Of a stretch of DNA of 64,000 nt, positions 43,676-58,600 are shown one piece after another; position 1 is the first letter of the stretch, and the number at the start of each line of letters is the position of its first letter. This DNA comes from Escherichia coli (lineage in GTDB: Bacteria > Pseudomonadota > Gammaproteobacteria > Enterobacterales > Enterobacteriaceae). The notes under the pieces were generated by a model. That model saw only the letters and a list, made by a program, of their open reading frames with translations. It was not told the origin of the DNA and made no database searches. The position numbers and the translations under genes were made by a program. The stretch lies in the NCBI RefSeq assembly GCF_003334305.1, contig NZ_QOWS01000002.1. One strand, given 5' to 3'.

Positions 43676-44989
43676 ATGATAACCAATACAAAGCTTGACC
43701 CGATTGAAACCGCGTCTGTTGATGAGTTACAGGCGTTGCAAACACAGCGTCTGAAATGGACGCTCAAACACGCGTATGAAAATGTCCCGATGTATCGGCG
43801 CAAATTCGACGCAGCAGGCGTACATCCTGATGATTTCAGGGAACTTTCAGACCTGCGTAAATTTCCCTGTACCACCAAACAGGATCTGCGCGACAACTAT
43901 CCCTTTGACACCTTTGCCGTGCCGATGGAACAAGTGGTGCGCATTCATGCTTCTTCGGGAACCACAGGTAAACCGACAGTTGTCGGTTATACGCAAAACG
44001 ATATTGATAACTGGGCCAATATTGTAGCGCGTTCTTTGCGTGCGGCAGGGGGCTCGCCCAAAGACAAAATTCATGTTGCCTATGGTTACGGCCTGTTTAC
44101 TGGTGGGCTGGGCGCGCACTATGGTGCCGAACGTCTGGGCGCTACGGTGATCCCGATGTCTGGCGGGCAGACGGAAAAACAAGCGCAACTGATCCGCGAT
44201 TTTCAACCAGATATGATCATGGTTACGCCATCTTATTGCCTTAACCTGATTGAAGAGCTGGAGCGGCAGTTGGGCGGTGATGCCAGCGGTTGCTCGCTGC
44301 GGGTTGGCGTGTTTGGTGCTGAGCCGTGGACACAGGCCATGCGTAAAGAGATTGAACGGCGTCTGGGGATCACCGCACTGGATATTTATGGCCTGTCAGA
44401 AGTGATGGGGCCGGGGGTGGCGATGGAGTGTCTGGAAACTACCGACGGTCCAACTATTTGGGAAGATCATTTCTATCCTGAAATTGTTAATCCTCATGAC
44501 GGCACACCGCTTGCCGATGGTGAACATGGCGAACTGTTATTCACCACGCTGACCAAAGAAGCATTGCCGGTCATTCGTTACCGCACGCGTGATTTAACCC
44601 GACTGTTACCAGGAACGGCGCGGACTATGCGCCGCATGGATCGCATCAGCGGACGCAGCGATGACATGTTGATTATTCGCGGTGTAAATGTCTTTCCGTC
44701 ACAACTGGAAGAAGAGATTGTCAAATTCGAACATTTATCGCCGCATTACCAACTGGAGGTGAACCGCCGGGGGCATCTTGATTCACTTTCTGTGAAAGTG
44801 GAGTTGAAAGAAAGTAGCCTGACATTGACGCATGAGCAGCGTTGCCAGGTATGCCACCAGCTGCGCCATCGGATTAAGTCGATGGTGGGGATCTCTACCG
44901 ATGTGATGATCGTTAACTGTGGCAGTATCCCGCGTTCAGAAGGCAAGGCGTGTCGGGTGTTTGATCTGCGCAATATTGTTGGTGCCTGA
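43676..44989 (+). CDS. paaK: phenylacetate-CoA ligase
   Basis: Track ORF 43592-44989; start trimmed to MITNTKLDP (437 aa). Confidence 0.9.
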   Translation: MITNTKLDPIETASVDELQALQTQRLKWTLKHAYENVPMYRRKFDAAGVHPDDFRELSDLRKFPCTTKQDLRDNYPFDTFAVPMEQVVRIHASSGTTGKPTVVGYTQNDIDNWANIVARSLRAAGGSPKDKIHVAYGYGLFTGGLGAHYGAERLGATVIPMSGGQTEKQAQLIRDFQPDMIMVTPSYCLNLIEELERQLGGDASGCSLRVGVFGAEPWTQAMRKEIERRLGITALDIYGLSEVMGPGVAMECLETTDGPTIWEDHFYPEIVNPHDGTPLADGEHGELLFTTLTKEALPVIRYRTRDLTRLLPGTARTMRRMDRISGRSDDMLIIRGVNVFPSQLEEEIVKFEHLSPHYQLEVNRRGHLDSLSVKVELKESSLTLTHEQRCQVCHQLRHRIKSMVGISTDVMIVNCGSIPRSEGKACRVFDLRNIVGA

Positions 44990-45050
44990 CGTGTCGTCTG
45001 GCCCTGGTGAGGTAAAGCGTCAGGGCCAGAAGTCGATACGACCTGTGCTA

Positions 45051-45089
45051 TGATTCATAAATCACAACAATAACAACAGACTGAATCGA
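45051..45089. promoter_or_regulatory. PaaX-operator-like inverted repeat TGATTC-N27-GAATCG abutting the paaX start
   Basis: TGATTC at 45051-45056 and GAATCG at 45084-45089, spacing counted as 27 nt; compare the described PaaX operator TGATTC-N27-GAATCA. Confidence 0.5.
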
Positions 45090-46040
45090 ATGAGTAAACT
45101 TGATACTTTTATCCAACATGCTGTAAACGCTGTTCCGGTCAGTGGCACATCTTTGATCTCCTCTCTGTATGGTGATTCGCTTTCCCATCGTGGTGGTGAA
45201 ATCTGGCTTGGTAGTCTGGCTGCTTTGCTGGAAGGGCTGGGATTTGGTGAGCGTTTCGTGCGCACTGCTTTGTTTCGTCTTAATAAAGAAGGCTGGCTGG
45301 ATGTTTCCCGCATCGGGCGACGCAGTTTCTATAGCCTCAGTGATAAAGGCTTGCGCCTGACGCGACGGGCAGAAAGTAAAATTTATCGCGCAGAGCAACC
45401 TGCATGGGATGGTAAATGGCTCCTGTTGCTCTCGGAAGGTTTAGATAAAGCGACGCTGGCTGATGTCAAAAAGCAGTTGATCTGGCAAGGTTTTGGCGCA
45501 CTGGCACCCAGCCTGATGGCATCGCCGTCGCAAAAACTGGCGGATGTACAGACACTTTTGCATGAAGCGGGGGTGGCGGATAACGTGATTTGTTTTGAAG
45601 CGCAAATACCACTGGCGCTTTCTCGCGCAGCACTGCGTGCCAGAGTAGAAGAGTGCTGGCATTTAACTGAACAAAATGCCATGTACGAAACCTTTATTCA
45701 GTCATTCCGCCCGCTGGTGCCGCTGTTAAAAGAGACGGCAGACGAGTTAACCCCGGAGCGTGCATTTCATATTCAGCTTTTACTGAGCCATTTTTATCGC
45801 CGTGTCGTCCTTAAAGACCCATTGTTGCCGGAGGAGTTGCTTCCGGCTCACTGGGCAGGGCATACGGCGCGTCAGCTGTGTATCAACATTTATCAGCGCG
45901 TAGCGCCTGCTGCTTTAGCGTTCGTTAGTGAAAAAGGTGAAACCTCAGTCGGTGAACTGCCTGCGCCGGGAAGCCTGTATTTTCAACGTTTTGGCGGCTT
46001 GAATATTGAACAGGAGGCGTTATGCCAATTTACCAGATAG
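45090..46040 (+). CDS. paaX: PaaX repressor of the phenylacetate catabolic genes
   Basis: 316-aa ORF in paa synteny. Confidence 0.9.
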   Translation: MSKLDTFIQHAVNAVPVSGTSLISSLYGDSLSHRGGEIWLGSLAALLEGLGFGERFVRTALFRLNKEGWLDVSRIGRRSFYSLSDKGLRLTRRAESKIYRAEQPAWDGKWLLLLSEGLDKATLADVKKQLIWQGFGALAPSLMASPSQKLADVQTLLHEAGVADNVICFEAQIPLALSRAALRARVEECWHLTEQNAMYETFIQSFRPLVPLLKETADELTPERAFHIQLLLSHFYRRVVLKDPLLPEELLPAHWAGHTARQLCINIYQRVAPAALAFVSEKGETSVGELPAPGSLYFQRFGGLNIEQEALCQFTR

Positions 46041-46612
46041 ATGGTCTGACTCCGGTTGTGCCAGAAGAGAGCTTTGTCCATCCGACAGCGGTATTGATCG
46101 GCGATGTTATTCTCGGCAAGGGCGTTTACGTTGGGCCTAATGCCAGCCTGCGTGGCGATTTTGGTCGTATCGTGGTGAAAGATGGCGCGAACATTCAGGA
46201 TAATTGCGTTATGCACGGTTTTCCCGAGCAGGATACTGTCGTGGAAGAAGATGGGCATATTGGTCATAGCGCTATCCTTCACGGCTGCATTATCCGCCGC
46301 AATGCATTAGTGGGAATGAACGCGGTAGTGATGGACGGTGCGGTGATTGGCGAGAACAGCATTGTTGGCGCATCCGCATTTGTGAAAGCCAAAGCAGAAA
46401 TGCCTGCTAATTACCTGATTGTCGGCAGCCCGGCCAAAGCGATTCGTGAACTTAGTGAGCAGGAGTTGGCATGGAAAAAGCAGGGTACGCATGAGTACCA
46501 GGTGCTGGTGACACGCTGTAAGCTGACGTTGCATCAAGTCGAACCATTGCGGGAAGTTGAACCTGGCAGGCAGCGCCTGGTATTTGATGAGAATCTGCGA
46601 CCGAAACAGTAA
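46022..46612 (+). CDS. paaY: PaaY hexapeptide-repeat thioesterase
   Basis: 196-aa ORF overlapping the paaX stop. Confidence 0.9.
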   Translation: MPIYQIDGLTPVVPEESFVHPTAVLIGDVILGKGVYVGPNASLRGDFGRIVVKDGANIQDNCVMHGFPEQDTVVEEDGHIGHSAILHGCIIRRNALVGMNAVVMDGAVIGENSIVGASAFVKAKAEMPANYLIVGSPAKAIRELSEQELAWKKQGTHEYQVLVTRCKLTLHQVEPLREVEPGRQRLVFDENLRPKQ

Positions 46613-46655
46613 CGTCCAGATACTGAACATTCTAATTTTTAGCATGTGATACCTA

Positions 46656-46688
46656 AACCGCAACGCTGATACAGGTTGCGGTTTTTTA
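46656..46688 (+). terminator. Rho-independent terminator of paaXY
   Basis: AACCGCAAC-loop-GTTGCGGTT followed by TTTTT. Confidence 0.7.
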
Positions 46689-46841
46689 TTGCCGGATGCG
46701 GTACTTGTCGCGTTTTGTTTTGTGTTTTTCAGGACAATAGAGCAACTCATCCAGTAATCTTGTTTACGCCCTCGCATTATTTATCTCTTTTCGTTTCTAT
46801 ACTGATTTTTCTTAATCCGTTTTATTACAGGGCAGGGTGCG

Positions 46842-47702
46842 ATGAGCAGCAATACATTTACTCTCGGTACAAAATCCGTTAACCGTCTTGGTTATGGCGC
46901 GATGCAACTGGCAGGTCCTGGGGTTTTTGGCCCCCCAAGAGATCGCCACGTCGCTATAACCGTGCTGCGCGAGGCGCTGGCATTGGGCGTCAATCACATT
47001 GATACCAGCGACTTTTATGGTCCGCACGTCACCAATCAGATTATCCGCGAAGCGCTTTATCCTTACTCTGACGACCTGACAATTGTCACTAAAATTGGTG
47101 CGCGGCGTGGAGAGGACGCTTCCTGGTTGCCCGCCTTTTCTCCGGCAGAGTTGCAAAAAGCGGTGCACGATAATCTACGTAATCTCGGCCTGGACGTACT
47201 GGATGTGGTTAACCTGCGCGTTATTATGGGGGATGGTCATGGCCCAGCGGAAGGATCGATTGAGGCCAGCCTGACCGTGCTGGCAGAGATGCAACAACAA
47301 GGCTTGGTAAAACATATTGGCCTGAGCAACGTCACACCGACGCAGGTTGCAGAGGCGCGCAAGATTGCCGAAATTGTCTGTGTGCAAAACGAATACAACA
47401 TCGCGCACCGTGCTGATGATGCAATGATTGATGCTTTGGCCCACGATGGCATTGCCTACGTGCCGTTCTTCCCGCTCGGGGGCTTTACACCGCTGCAATC
47501 CTCTACGCTGTCGGATGTTGCTGCGAGCCTGGGTGCAACACCCATGCAGGTGGCGCTGGCGTGGCTGTTACAACGTTCACCGAATATTTTGCTGATCCCA
47601 GGGACGTCTTCTGTTGCGCATTTACGGGAGAATATGGCTGCTGAAAAATTGCATCTTTCTGAGGAAGTGTTGTCTACGTTGGATGGTATTTCGCGAGAAT
47701 AA
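46842..47702 (+). CDS. ydbC: aldo-keto reductase family oxidoreductase
   Basis: 286-aa ORF. Confidence 0.85.
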   Translation: MSSNTFTLGTKSVNRLGYGAMQLAGPGVFGPPRDRHVAITVLREALALGVNHIDTSDFYGPHVTNQIIREALYPYSDDLTIVTKIGARRGEDASWLPAFSPAELQKAVHDNLRNLGLDVLDVVNLRVIMGDGHGPAEGSIEASLTVLAEMQQQGLVKHIGLSNVTPTQVAEARKIAEIVCVQNEYNIAHRADDAMIDALAHDGIAYVPFFPLGGFTPLQSSTLSDVAASLGATPMQVALAWLLQRSPNILLIPGTSSVAHLRENMAAEKLHLSEEVLSTLDGISRE

Positions 47703-47765
47703 CGAATATACAAAAGGGAAAGATGCATTTCCCTTTTGTTTCTTTTTTAATGGCATGGAGTGCAT

Positions 47766-50072
47766 ATGTTTAAGGCCAGGATTTGCGGCTGGATAGGTTT
47801 ACTTCCCCTGTTTATGCTGAGTCTTCCAGTACAGGCGGAACTTCGATGTGTTGCAAATACAGTTGATATTGAACCATTTTTTTCTGCGGCTACCGCTGAA
47901 GATAAACAACAAGTTGAACAAGCTATCAACAGTAGCGTGAATCTTGTCCCCTTCGGTTTATCTGCATCGGACTGGAAAGTGCATCGTGGCGATTTAGTGG
48001 TAGAAGGTAATATAGAGAGTAATCAAAAACTGATTGTTCTTGGTAATTTGACAGTCAAAGGTAATATTTCCACTTTCTCTCTTTCTAATCCATGGGTTAT
48101 TCTCGGTAACGTGACGGCAACGAATATAGTTACGGATTCACCACTGTTAATTACCGGTTCGATAAATGCAAGTGGACTGGTATTTATCGACTCATATTAC
48201 GATAATCCGTCTACGATTAAGGGGAGTATTAATGCGCGTGGGATATTTATCAATGACATAATTGCACCTGTTGTTGCGTCTTCGACAAATAGTGAATTCA
48301 TGGTCCGTGCGAGTGACAAAAATGACACTGAAAATGTCAAAAAAGCGCTGATGATAATAAATCCTGATGCATATTATTGGGGTCTAATAAATGATGAAGA
48401 TGCTCTGAAAGAAATTTTTAAGCGAAGCAATATTCGCATGGCAGGGAATGTCTGTAATCAGATGAAAAAAGAAGCGCTGTTTCGCCCTAAGCCTTCTCCT
48501 GAGTTAGTGCAGGAATTGCAAATGCTGGATGAAGGCAACGTTGCTGCATTTGAAGGACGAGATATTGCGACATTTGATCTTGCCATAATCCGAACTCTCC
48601 CAAGGCTTAAAGGAATTTCAGCTAACCTACGCAAACAACTTATTAATAGCAATGATGAACAAACGATTGAAAGTATGGCGAGATATATGCCTGACAATGA
48701 GATTCTGGAGTTGACCGATCAGCAATTGGGTTACCAGCCTGTTGTTCTGTGGTTGCTCGACCGTGAACCGCTCTCTGTCGAAATAATGACGCGAATGAGT
48801 CGTCTACCTGATGGTGTCGGTCCGTTGAATCTTGCGCTACGTGAAAATCTCCCTCTGGATATCGTAATGACTCTGGCGAAAAGAGATTGGGATATGATCA
48901 TTCAGGAGCTTTATAAAGATGCGTGGTTATTGCCTGAATCCATTATTGATGGCTATATCCGCAGTGATGATTCCTCTATTCGTCAGGTCGGTGCTGGAGG
49001 ACAACTCACCTACAATCAGGCAATGCAGTTGGCGAACGATTCATCAAACAATGTTGTCACAAGCTTAGCGTTCAAGCTGGCAGAGATGAAACACCATGGT
49101 CAATTATTGCGGATGACGCCACAAGAGAGTGACAAAGTTGCAGCCTATTTATACCAAAAATTCGAGAATGACGATGATCTAATACGTGTGTTATTTTTAG
49201 CATTGCCAGATAACTTACAGTTTAATTTTGTTAAAAGGATGGAGAAAAAATCCCCTGCCTACTTTTGCTGTCGGGATATGCAGGTAATTCACTCTGACGC
49301 TGCTCTACAACGGTTATTGACACGTTTCAACGATCCTGAGGGGTGGAGTAATCTGGCGAAAAATCAGTATCTGAGCACGTCGATGAAACAAAAAATTTGG
49401 CAACGTGCTTTATCGCATCGGAAAAATAATCCGAAAGCAGATTCAGCTGCGTATGAAACCAGCGCTGATATGATTTTGTCTGAGCTTATCAGCCACGGTG
49501 AAGTTGATGATCAGATGCTATTAAATGCCACAGCCCTGATACGTTTGGAAGACTGGGACTTTTTAGAGAGTGCATTAGTTAGTTGGGATAATTTACCCGC
49601 TGTTGTCCTCAAGGAATTACAGCAAAATACGCCACGCAATGATATTTGGGCGAAGTTTTTTCTGAGGCAGGAAAACAGCTCCCGTGCGCAGGTTGATGAA
49701 GCATTACGCGTCTATTATGCACTCGACCCCGATGCGTTAGCACAACTGGATGTACTGGCAAAACAACCGGATCGTATATGGTGGAGTACACTGGCGAAAA
49801 GCAATCTCACATTTTTCAAGTTCGGCGCACTTAACAACCGCCACACACCGCCTGCAGTACTGGCGGCAGAAATTGATCCCGAGTGGTGGATTGTGGCGAT
49901 GAATAATCCCCGTTTTCCAGTTGATGTATTAAAGGCGAGGCTGAAACGTGATCCTTTGCTGGCGTTAGAGCTTGTTAACCCTGAACTGGATTTAGTCCGC
50001 CAGCTGGCGCTTAACGGTAAGACGCGCGCAATACGGGAACAAGCGATGAGAAAACTTGATGAGTTGTATTGA
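47766..50072 (+). CDS. ydbD: uncharacterised secreted protein YdbD
   Basis: Track ORF 47760-50072; start at MFKARICGWIG; N-terminal signal peptide. Confidence 0.8.
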   Translation: MFKARICGWIGLLPLFMLSLPVQAELRCVANTVDIEPFFSAATAEDKQQVEQAINSSVNLVPFGLSASDWKVHRGDLVVEGNIESNQKLIVLGNLTVKGNISTFSLSNPWVILGNVTATNIVTDSPLLITGSINASGLVFIDSYYDNPSTIKGSINARGIFINDIIAPVVASSTNSEFMVRASDKNDTENVKKALMIINPDAYYWGLINDEDALKEIFKRSNIRMAGNVCNQMKKEALFRPKPSPELVQELQMLDEGNVAAFEGRDIATFDLAIIRTLPRLKGISANLRKQLINSNDEQTIESMARYMPDNEILELTDQQLGYQPVVLWLLDREPLSVEIMTRMSRLPDGVGPLNLALRENLPLDIVMTLAKRDWDMIIQELYKDAWLLPESIIDGYIRSDDSSIRQVGAGGQLTYNQAMQLANDSSNNVVTSLAFKLAEMKHHGQLLRMTPQESDKVAAYLYQKFENDDDLIRVLFLALPDNLQFNFVKRMEKKSPAYFCCRDMQVIHSDAALQRLLTRFNDPEGWSNLAKNQYLSTSMKQKIWQRALSHRKNNPKADSAAYETSADMILSELISHGEVDDQMLLNATALIRLEDWDFLESALVSWDNLPAVVLKELQQNTPRNDIWAKFFLRQENSSRAQVDEALRVYYALDPDALAQLDVLAKQPDRIWWSTLAKSNLTFFKFGALNNRHTPPAVLAAEIDPEWWIVAMNNPRFPVDVLKARLKRDPLLALELVNPELDLVRQLALNGKTRAIREQAMRKLDELY

Positions 50073-50242
50073 TCCACAACGTAATATTTCTTAACCCTTT
50101 GATTAATTGGGGATAATTATTCCTGACAGTGAGTCCCCAATACCTTGATATATTCTGAATTTTTAATGAAGCGGCGTGTTGCGATATCTCCGTCAGGGGA
50201 ATTGATGCACCATAGCGCAAACCGAATTATCAAGGATTGATA

Positions 50243-50848
50243 ATGACGCTCTACCAGATAAAACCGCTCTTTCAGTCGCTGTTAAGGCCGACGATGTTTT
50301 GGCTTTATAAGCACCACGTTACAGCGAATCACATCACTCTTACGGCACTGGCGCTTTCTCTTTTTACCGGATTGCTGTTGGTGTTGGTGGCACAACCCAT
50401 CCTCTTTTTGCTATTGCCCATCGTGCTTTTTATCCGTATGGCGCTCAATGCGCTGGATGGCATGTTGGCGCGTGAGTGCAATCAGCAAACACGTCTGGGG
50501 GCGATTTTGAATGAAACTGGCGATGTTATTTCCGATATTGCGCTCTATTTACCGTTTTTATTTTTACCGGAAAGTAACGCATCACTCGTAATACTCATGT
50601 TATTTTGCACCATATTGACTGAGTTTTGTGGTTTACTCGCGCAGACAATTAACGGTATTCGCAGTTATGCCGGTCCATTTGGCAAAAGCGATCGCGCGTT
50701 AATATTTGGTCTGTGGGGTCTGGCCGTTGCCATTTATCCACAGTGGATGCAGTGGAATAATCTTTTATGGAGCATTGCTTCAATTCTGCTTCTCTGGACT
50801 GCGATTAATCGTTGTCGGAGTGTGCTTCTTATGAGCGCTGAAAGATAA
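50243..50848 (+). CDS. ynbA: CDP-alcohol phosphatidyltransferase-family membrane protein
   Basis: Track ORF 50237-50848; multiple TM segments; start approximate. Confidence 0.8.
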   Translation: MTLYQIKPLFQSLLRPTMFWLYKHHVTANHITLTALALSLFTGLLLVLVAQPILFLLLPIVLFIRMALNALDGMLARECNQQTRLGAILNETGDVISDIALYLPFLFLPESNASLVILMLFCTILTEFCGLLAQTINGIRSYAGPFGKSDRALIFGLWGLAVAIYPQWMQWNNLLWSIASILLLWTAINRCRSVLLMSAER

Positions 50849-51744
50849 TGCTGGAAAAATCTCTGGCAACACTTTTCGCGTTGTTAATTTTAGCAACGCT
50901 GATAAACCATTTTCTGCTATGGCGGTTACCGGAGAGAAAAGAGGATGAAGTTACATTACGTATTCGTACCTGGTGGGGCATCGTCATTTGTTTTTCACTG
51001 GTGATTTCAGGTCCACGCTGGATGACGTTGACGTTTTTTGCGCTGATAAGTTTTCTGGCATTGAAAGAATATTGTACGCTTATATCTGTACATTTTCCGC
51101 GGTGGTTATATTGGGTTATTCCTCTTAACTATTTGTTTATCGGTTTTAATTGCTTTGAGCTGTATCTATTATTTATACCTTTGGCTGGGTTTCTAATATT
51201 AGCCACCGGGCAAGTTTTTATGGGGGACCCCTCCGGTTTTCTGCATACCGTGAGCGCCATTTTTTGGGGCTGGATAATGACCGTTTTCGCCTTGAGTCAT
51301 GCCGCCTGGTTATTAATGTTGCCAACCACAAATATCCAGGGCGGGGCGTTACTGGTGTTATTTCTTTTGGCATTAACCGAGTCAAACGATATTGCACAGT
51401 ATTTATGGGGGAAATCCTGCGGCAGAAGAAAAGTGGTCCCCAAAGTCAGCCCGGGAAAAACGCTGGAAGGTCTGGTGGGGGGCGTAATCACCACCATGAT
51501 TGCGTCACTGATTATTGGACCGTTGCTGACACCGCTAAATACATTACAGGCATTATTAGCGGGTTTGTTAATTGGTATTAGTGGTTTTTGCGGCGATGTC
51601 GTGATGTCAGCCATCAAACGAGATATTGGTGTTAAAGATAGTGGGAAACTATTACCAGGACATGGCGGACTCCTTGACAGGATTGACTCATTAATTTTCA
51701 CCGCTCCGGTATTTTTTTATTTTATTCGCTACTGCTGTTACTGA
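50848..51744 (+). CDS. ynbB: CDP-diglyceride synthetase (CdsA)-like membrane protein
   Basis: 298-aa polytopic ORF; start overlaps ynbA stop (ATGA). Confidence 0.8.
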   Translation: MLEKSLATLFALLILATLINHFLLWRLPERKEDEVTLRIRTWWGIVICFSLVISGPRWMTLTFFALISFLALKEYCTLISVHFPRWLYWVIPLNYLFIGFNCFELYLLFIPLAGFLILATGQVFMGDPSGFLHTVSAIFWGWIMTVFALSHAAWLLMLPTTNIQGGALLVLFLLALTESNDIAQYLWGKSCGRRKVVPKVSPGKTLEGLVGGVITTMIASLIIGPLLTPLNTLQALLAGLLIGISGFCGDVVMSAIKRDIGVKDSGKLLPGHGGLLDRIDSLIFTAPVFFYFIRYCCY

Positions 51745-51759
51745 AGGAAAATAGAGAAA

Positions 51760-54823
<3,064 letters not shown>

Positions 54824-54873
54824 GTGGATTGAGATGTGGACTGAACTACAGTCCACATCAAGATCGTGTCCGG

Positions 54874-55488
<615 letters not shown>

Positions 55489-55679
55489 TTATAGATGTTT
55501 GAATGGGCGATGCCCCGTTGCTTGCTGACACTTTATTCACAATCCTGCCACAGAGATAGCGCAATAAATCGAAGCCTATGTTCGAATTTATTGAACAACG
55601 CATAGAAAGCCGCGATGTGGTACTCTATATCTATCATTTAAAAGAAAATTAATCAGGCAGACTACTGCCCACTAACGTT

Positions 55680-58600
55680 ATGACAGAACAACAAAAATTG
55701 ACCTTTACGGCCTTGCAGCAGCGGCTGGATTCGCTGATGCTGCGCGACAGACTGCGTTTTTCTCGGCGTCTGCACGGTGTTAAGAAGGTTAAAAATCCTG
55801 ATGCACAACAGGCCATTTTCCAGGAGATGGCGAAAGAGATTGACCAGGCGGCAGGGAAAGTCCTGCTGCGTGAAGCGGCACGACCGGAAATTACTTATCC
55901 TGACAATTTACCTGTTAGTCAGAAAAAACAGGACATTCTCGAAGCGATTCGTGATCACCAGGTGGTGATCGTCGCCGGGGAAACGGGTTCTGGTAAAACG
56001 ACTCAGTTACCGAAAATCTGTATGGAGCTGGGGCGCGGGATTAAAGGGCTGATCGGCCATACCCAGCCGCGTCGCCTGGCGGCAAGAACGGTGGCGAACC
56101 GTATTGCGGAAGAGCTGAAAACGGAGCCGGGCGGTTGCATCGGTTACAAAGTGCGTTTCAGCGATCACGTTAGTGATAACACGATGGTCAAGCTGATGAC
56201 CGACGGTATCCTGCTGGCGGAGATCCAGCAAGACCGCCTGCTGATGCAGTACGACACCATCATTATTGACGAAGCACACGAACGCAGCCTGAATATCGAT
56301 TTTCTGCTCGGCTATTTGAAAGAGTTGCTGCCGCGGCGTCCTGACCTAAAAATCATTATCACTTCCGCGACTATCGACCCGGAACGCTTTTCGCGCCACT
56401 TTAATAATGCGCCGATTATCGAAGTCTCCGGTCGGACCTATCCGGTGGAAGTGCGCTATCGACCGATTGTTGAAGAAGCCGACGACACCGAGCGCGATCA
56501 GTTGCAGGCGATTTTTGACGCCGTAGACGAACTGAGTCAGGAAAGCCCTGGCGACATTCTGATCTTTATGAGTGGTGAGCGGGAAATTCGCGATACCGCC
56601 GATGCGCTGAACAAGCTAAATCTGCGTCATACCGAAATCTTGCCGCTTTATGCGCGGCTTTCGAACAGCGAACAGAACCGCGTGTTCCAGTCGCACAGCG
56701 GACGGCGCATTGTGCTGGCGACCAACGTCGCGGAAACCTCGCTGACCGTACCGGGGATTAAATACGTTATCGACCCCGGTACAGCACGTATCAGCCGCTA
56801 CAGCTATCGCACCAAAGTGCAGCGTTTGCCGATTGAACCCATTTCGCAGGCGTCTGCCAATCAGCGTAAAGGCCGCTGTGGGCGTGTGTCCGAAGGGATC
56901 TGTATTCGTCTCTATTCCGAAGACGATTTCCTTTCGCGCCCGGAGTTTACCGATCCGGAGATTCTGCGTACCAACCTGGCCTCGGTTATTTTGCAGATGA
57001 CCGCGCTGGGGCTGGGCGATATCGCTGCGTTCCCGTTTGTCGAAGCACCGGATAAACGCAATATCCAGGATGGCGTGCGTCTGCTCGAAGAACTGGGCGC
57101 GATCACCACGGATGAACAGGCCAGCGCCTATAAACTGACGCCGCTCGGTCGCCAGCTCTCGCAGTTGCCTGTCGACCCACGTCTGGCGCGTATGGTGCTG
57201 GAAGCGCAGAAACATGGCTGCGTGCGTGAGGCGATGATTATCACGTCCGCGCTCTCCATTCAGGACCCGCGTGAGCGGCCGATGGACAAACAGCAGGCAT
57301 CGGACGAAAAACATCGTCGCTTCCACGACAAAGAATCCGACTTCCTCGCGTTTGTAAATCTGTGGAATTATCTTGGCGAGCAGCAAAAGGCGCTTTCTTC
57401 CAACGCCTTCCGTCGCCTGTGTCGTACCGATTACCTCAACTATCTGCGCGTGCGCGAATGGCAGGATATCTACACCCAGTTGCGTCAGGTGGTGAAAGAA
57501 CTTGGCATTCCGGTTAACAGCGAACCGGCGGAGTATCGCGAAATTCACATTGCGTTGCTGACGGGTTTACTTTCCCATATCGGCATGAAAGATGCCGATA
57601 AACAAGAATATACCGGCGCACGTAACGCGCGTTTCTCCATCTTCCCCGGTTCTGGTTTATTCAAAAAACCGCCGAAATGGGTAATGGTGGCGGAACTGGT
57701 AGAAACCAGCCGCCTGTGGGGGCGCATTGCTGCGCGTATCGACCCGGAATGGGTGGAGCCTGTCGCTCAGCATTTGATTAAACGTACCTACAGCGAACCG
57801 CACTGGGAACGGGCGCAGGGCGCGGTGATGGCAACGGAAAAAGTCACTGTTTATGGTTTGCCGATTGTTGCCGCGCGCAAGGTCAACTACAGCCAGATCG
57901 ATCCGGCGTTATGTCGTGAACTCTTTATTCGCCATGCGCTGGTGGAAGGTGACTGGCAGACGCGTCACGCATTCTTCCGTGAAAACCTGAAACTGCGGGC
58001 CGAAGTGGAAGAGCTGGAACACAAATCACGTCGCCGCGATATTCTGGTTGATGACGAAACGTTGTTTGAGTTCTACGACCAGCGCATCAGCCACGATGTG
58101 ATCTCTGCGCGCCACTTCGATAGCTGGTGGAAAAAAGTCAGCCGCGAAACGCCTGATTTGCTCAACTTTGAAAAAAGCATGTTGATCAAAGAGGGCGCAG
58201 AAAAAATCAGCAAGCTGGATTACCCGAACTTCTGGCATCAGGGCAATCTCAAGCTGCGTTTGAGCTATCAGTTTGAGCCCGGCGCGGATGCTGACGGTGT
58301 GACCGTACATATTCCGCTGCCGTTACTTAACCAGGTTGAGGAAAGCGGGTTTGAATGGCAGATCCCCGGTCTGCGCCGCGAACTGGTGATTGCTCTGATT
58401 AAATCGTTGCCGAAACCGGTACGCCGTAATTTTGTACCCGCGCCAAACTATGCCGAAGCGTTTTTAGGCCGCGTCAAACCGCTGGAGTTACCGTTGCTCG
58501 ACAGCCTTGAGCGCGAGTTACGGCGGATGACCGGCGTTACCGTTGACCGCGAAGACTGGCACTGGGATCAGGTGCCCGATCACCTGAAAATCACCTTCCG

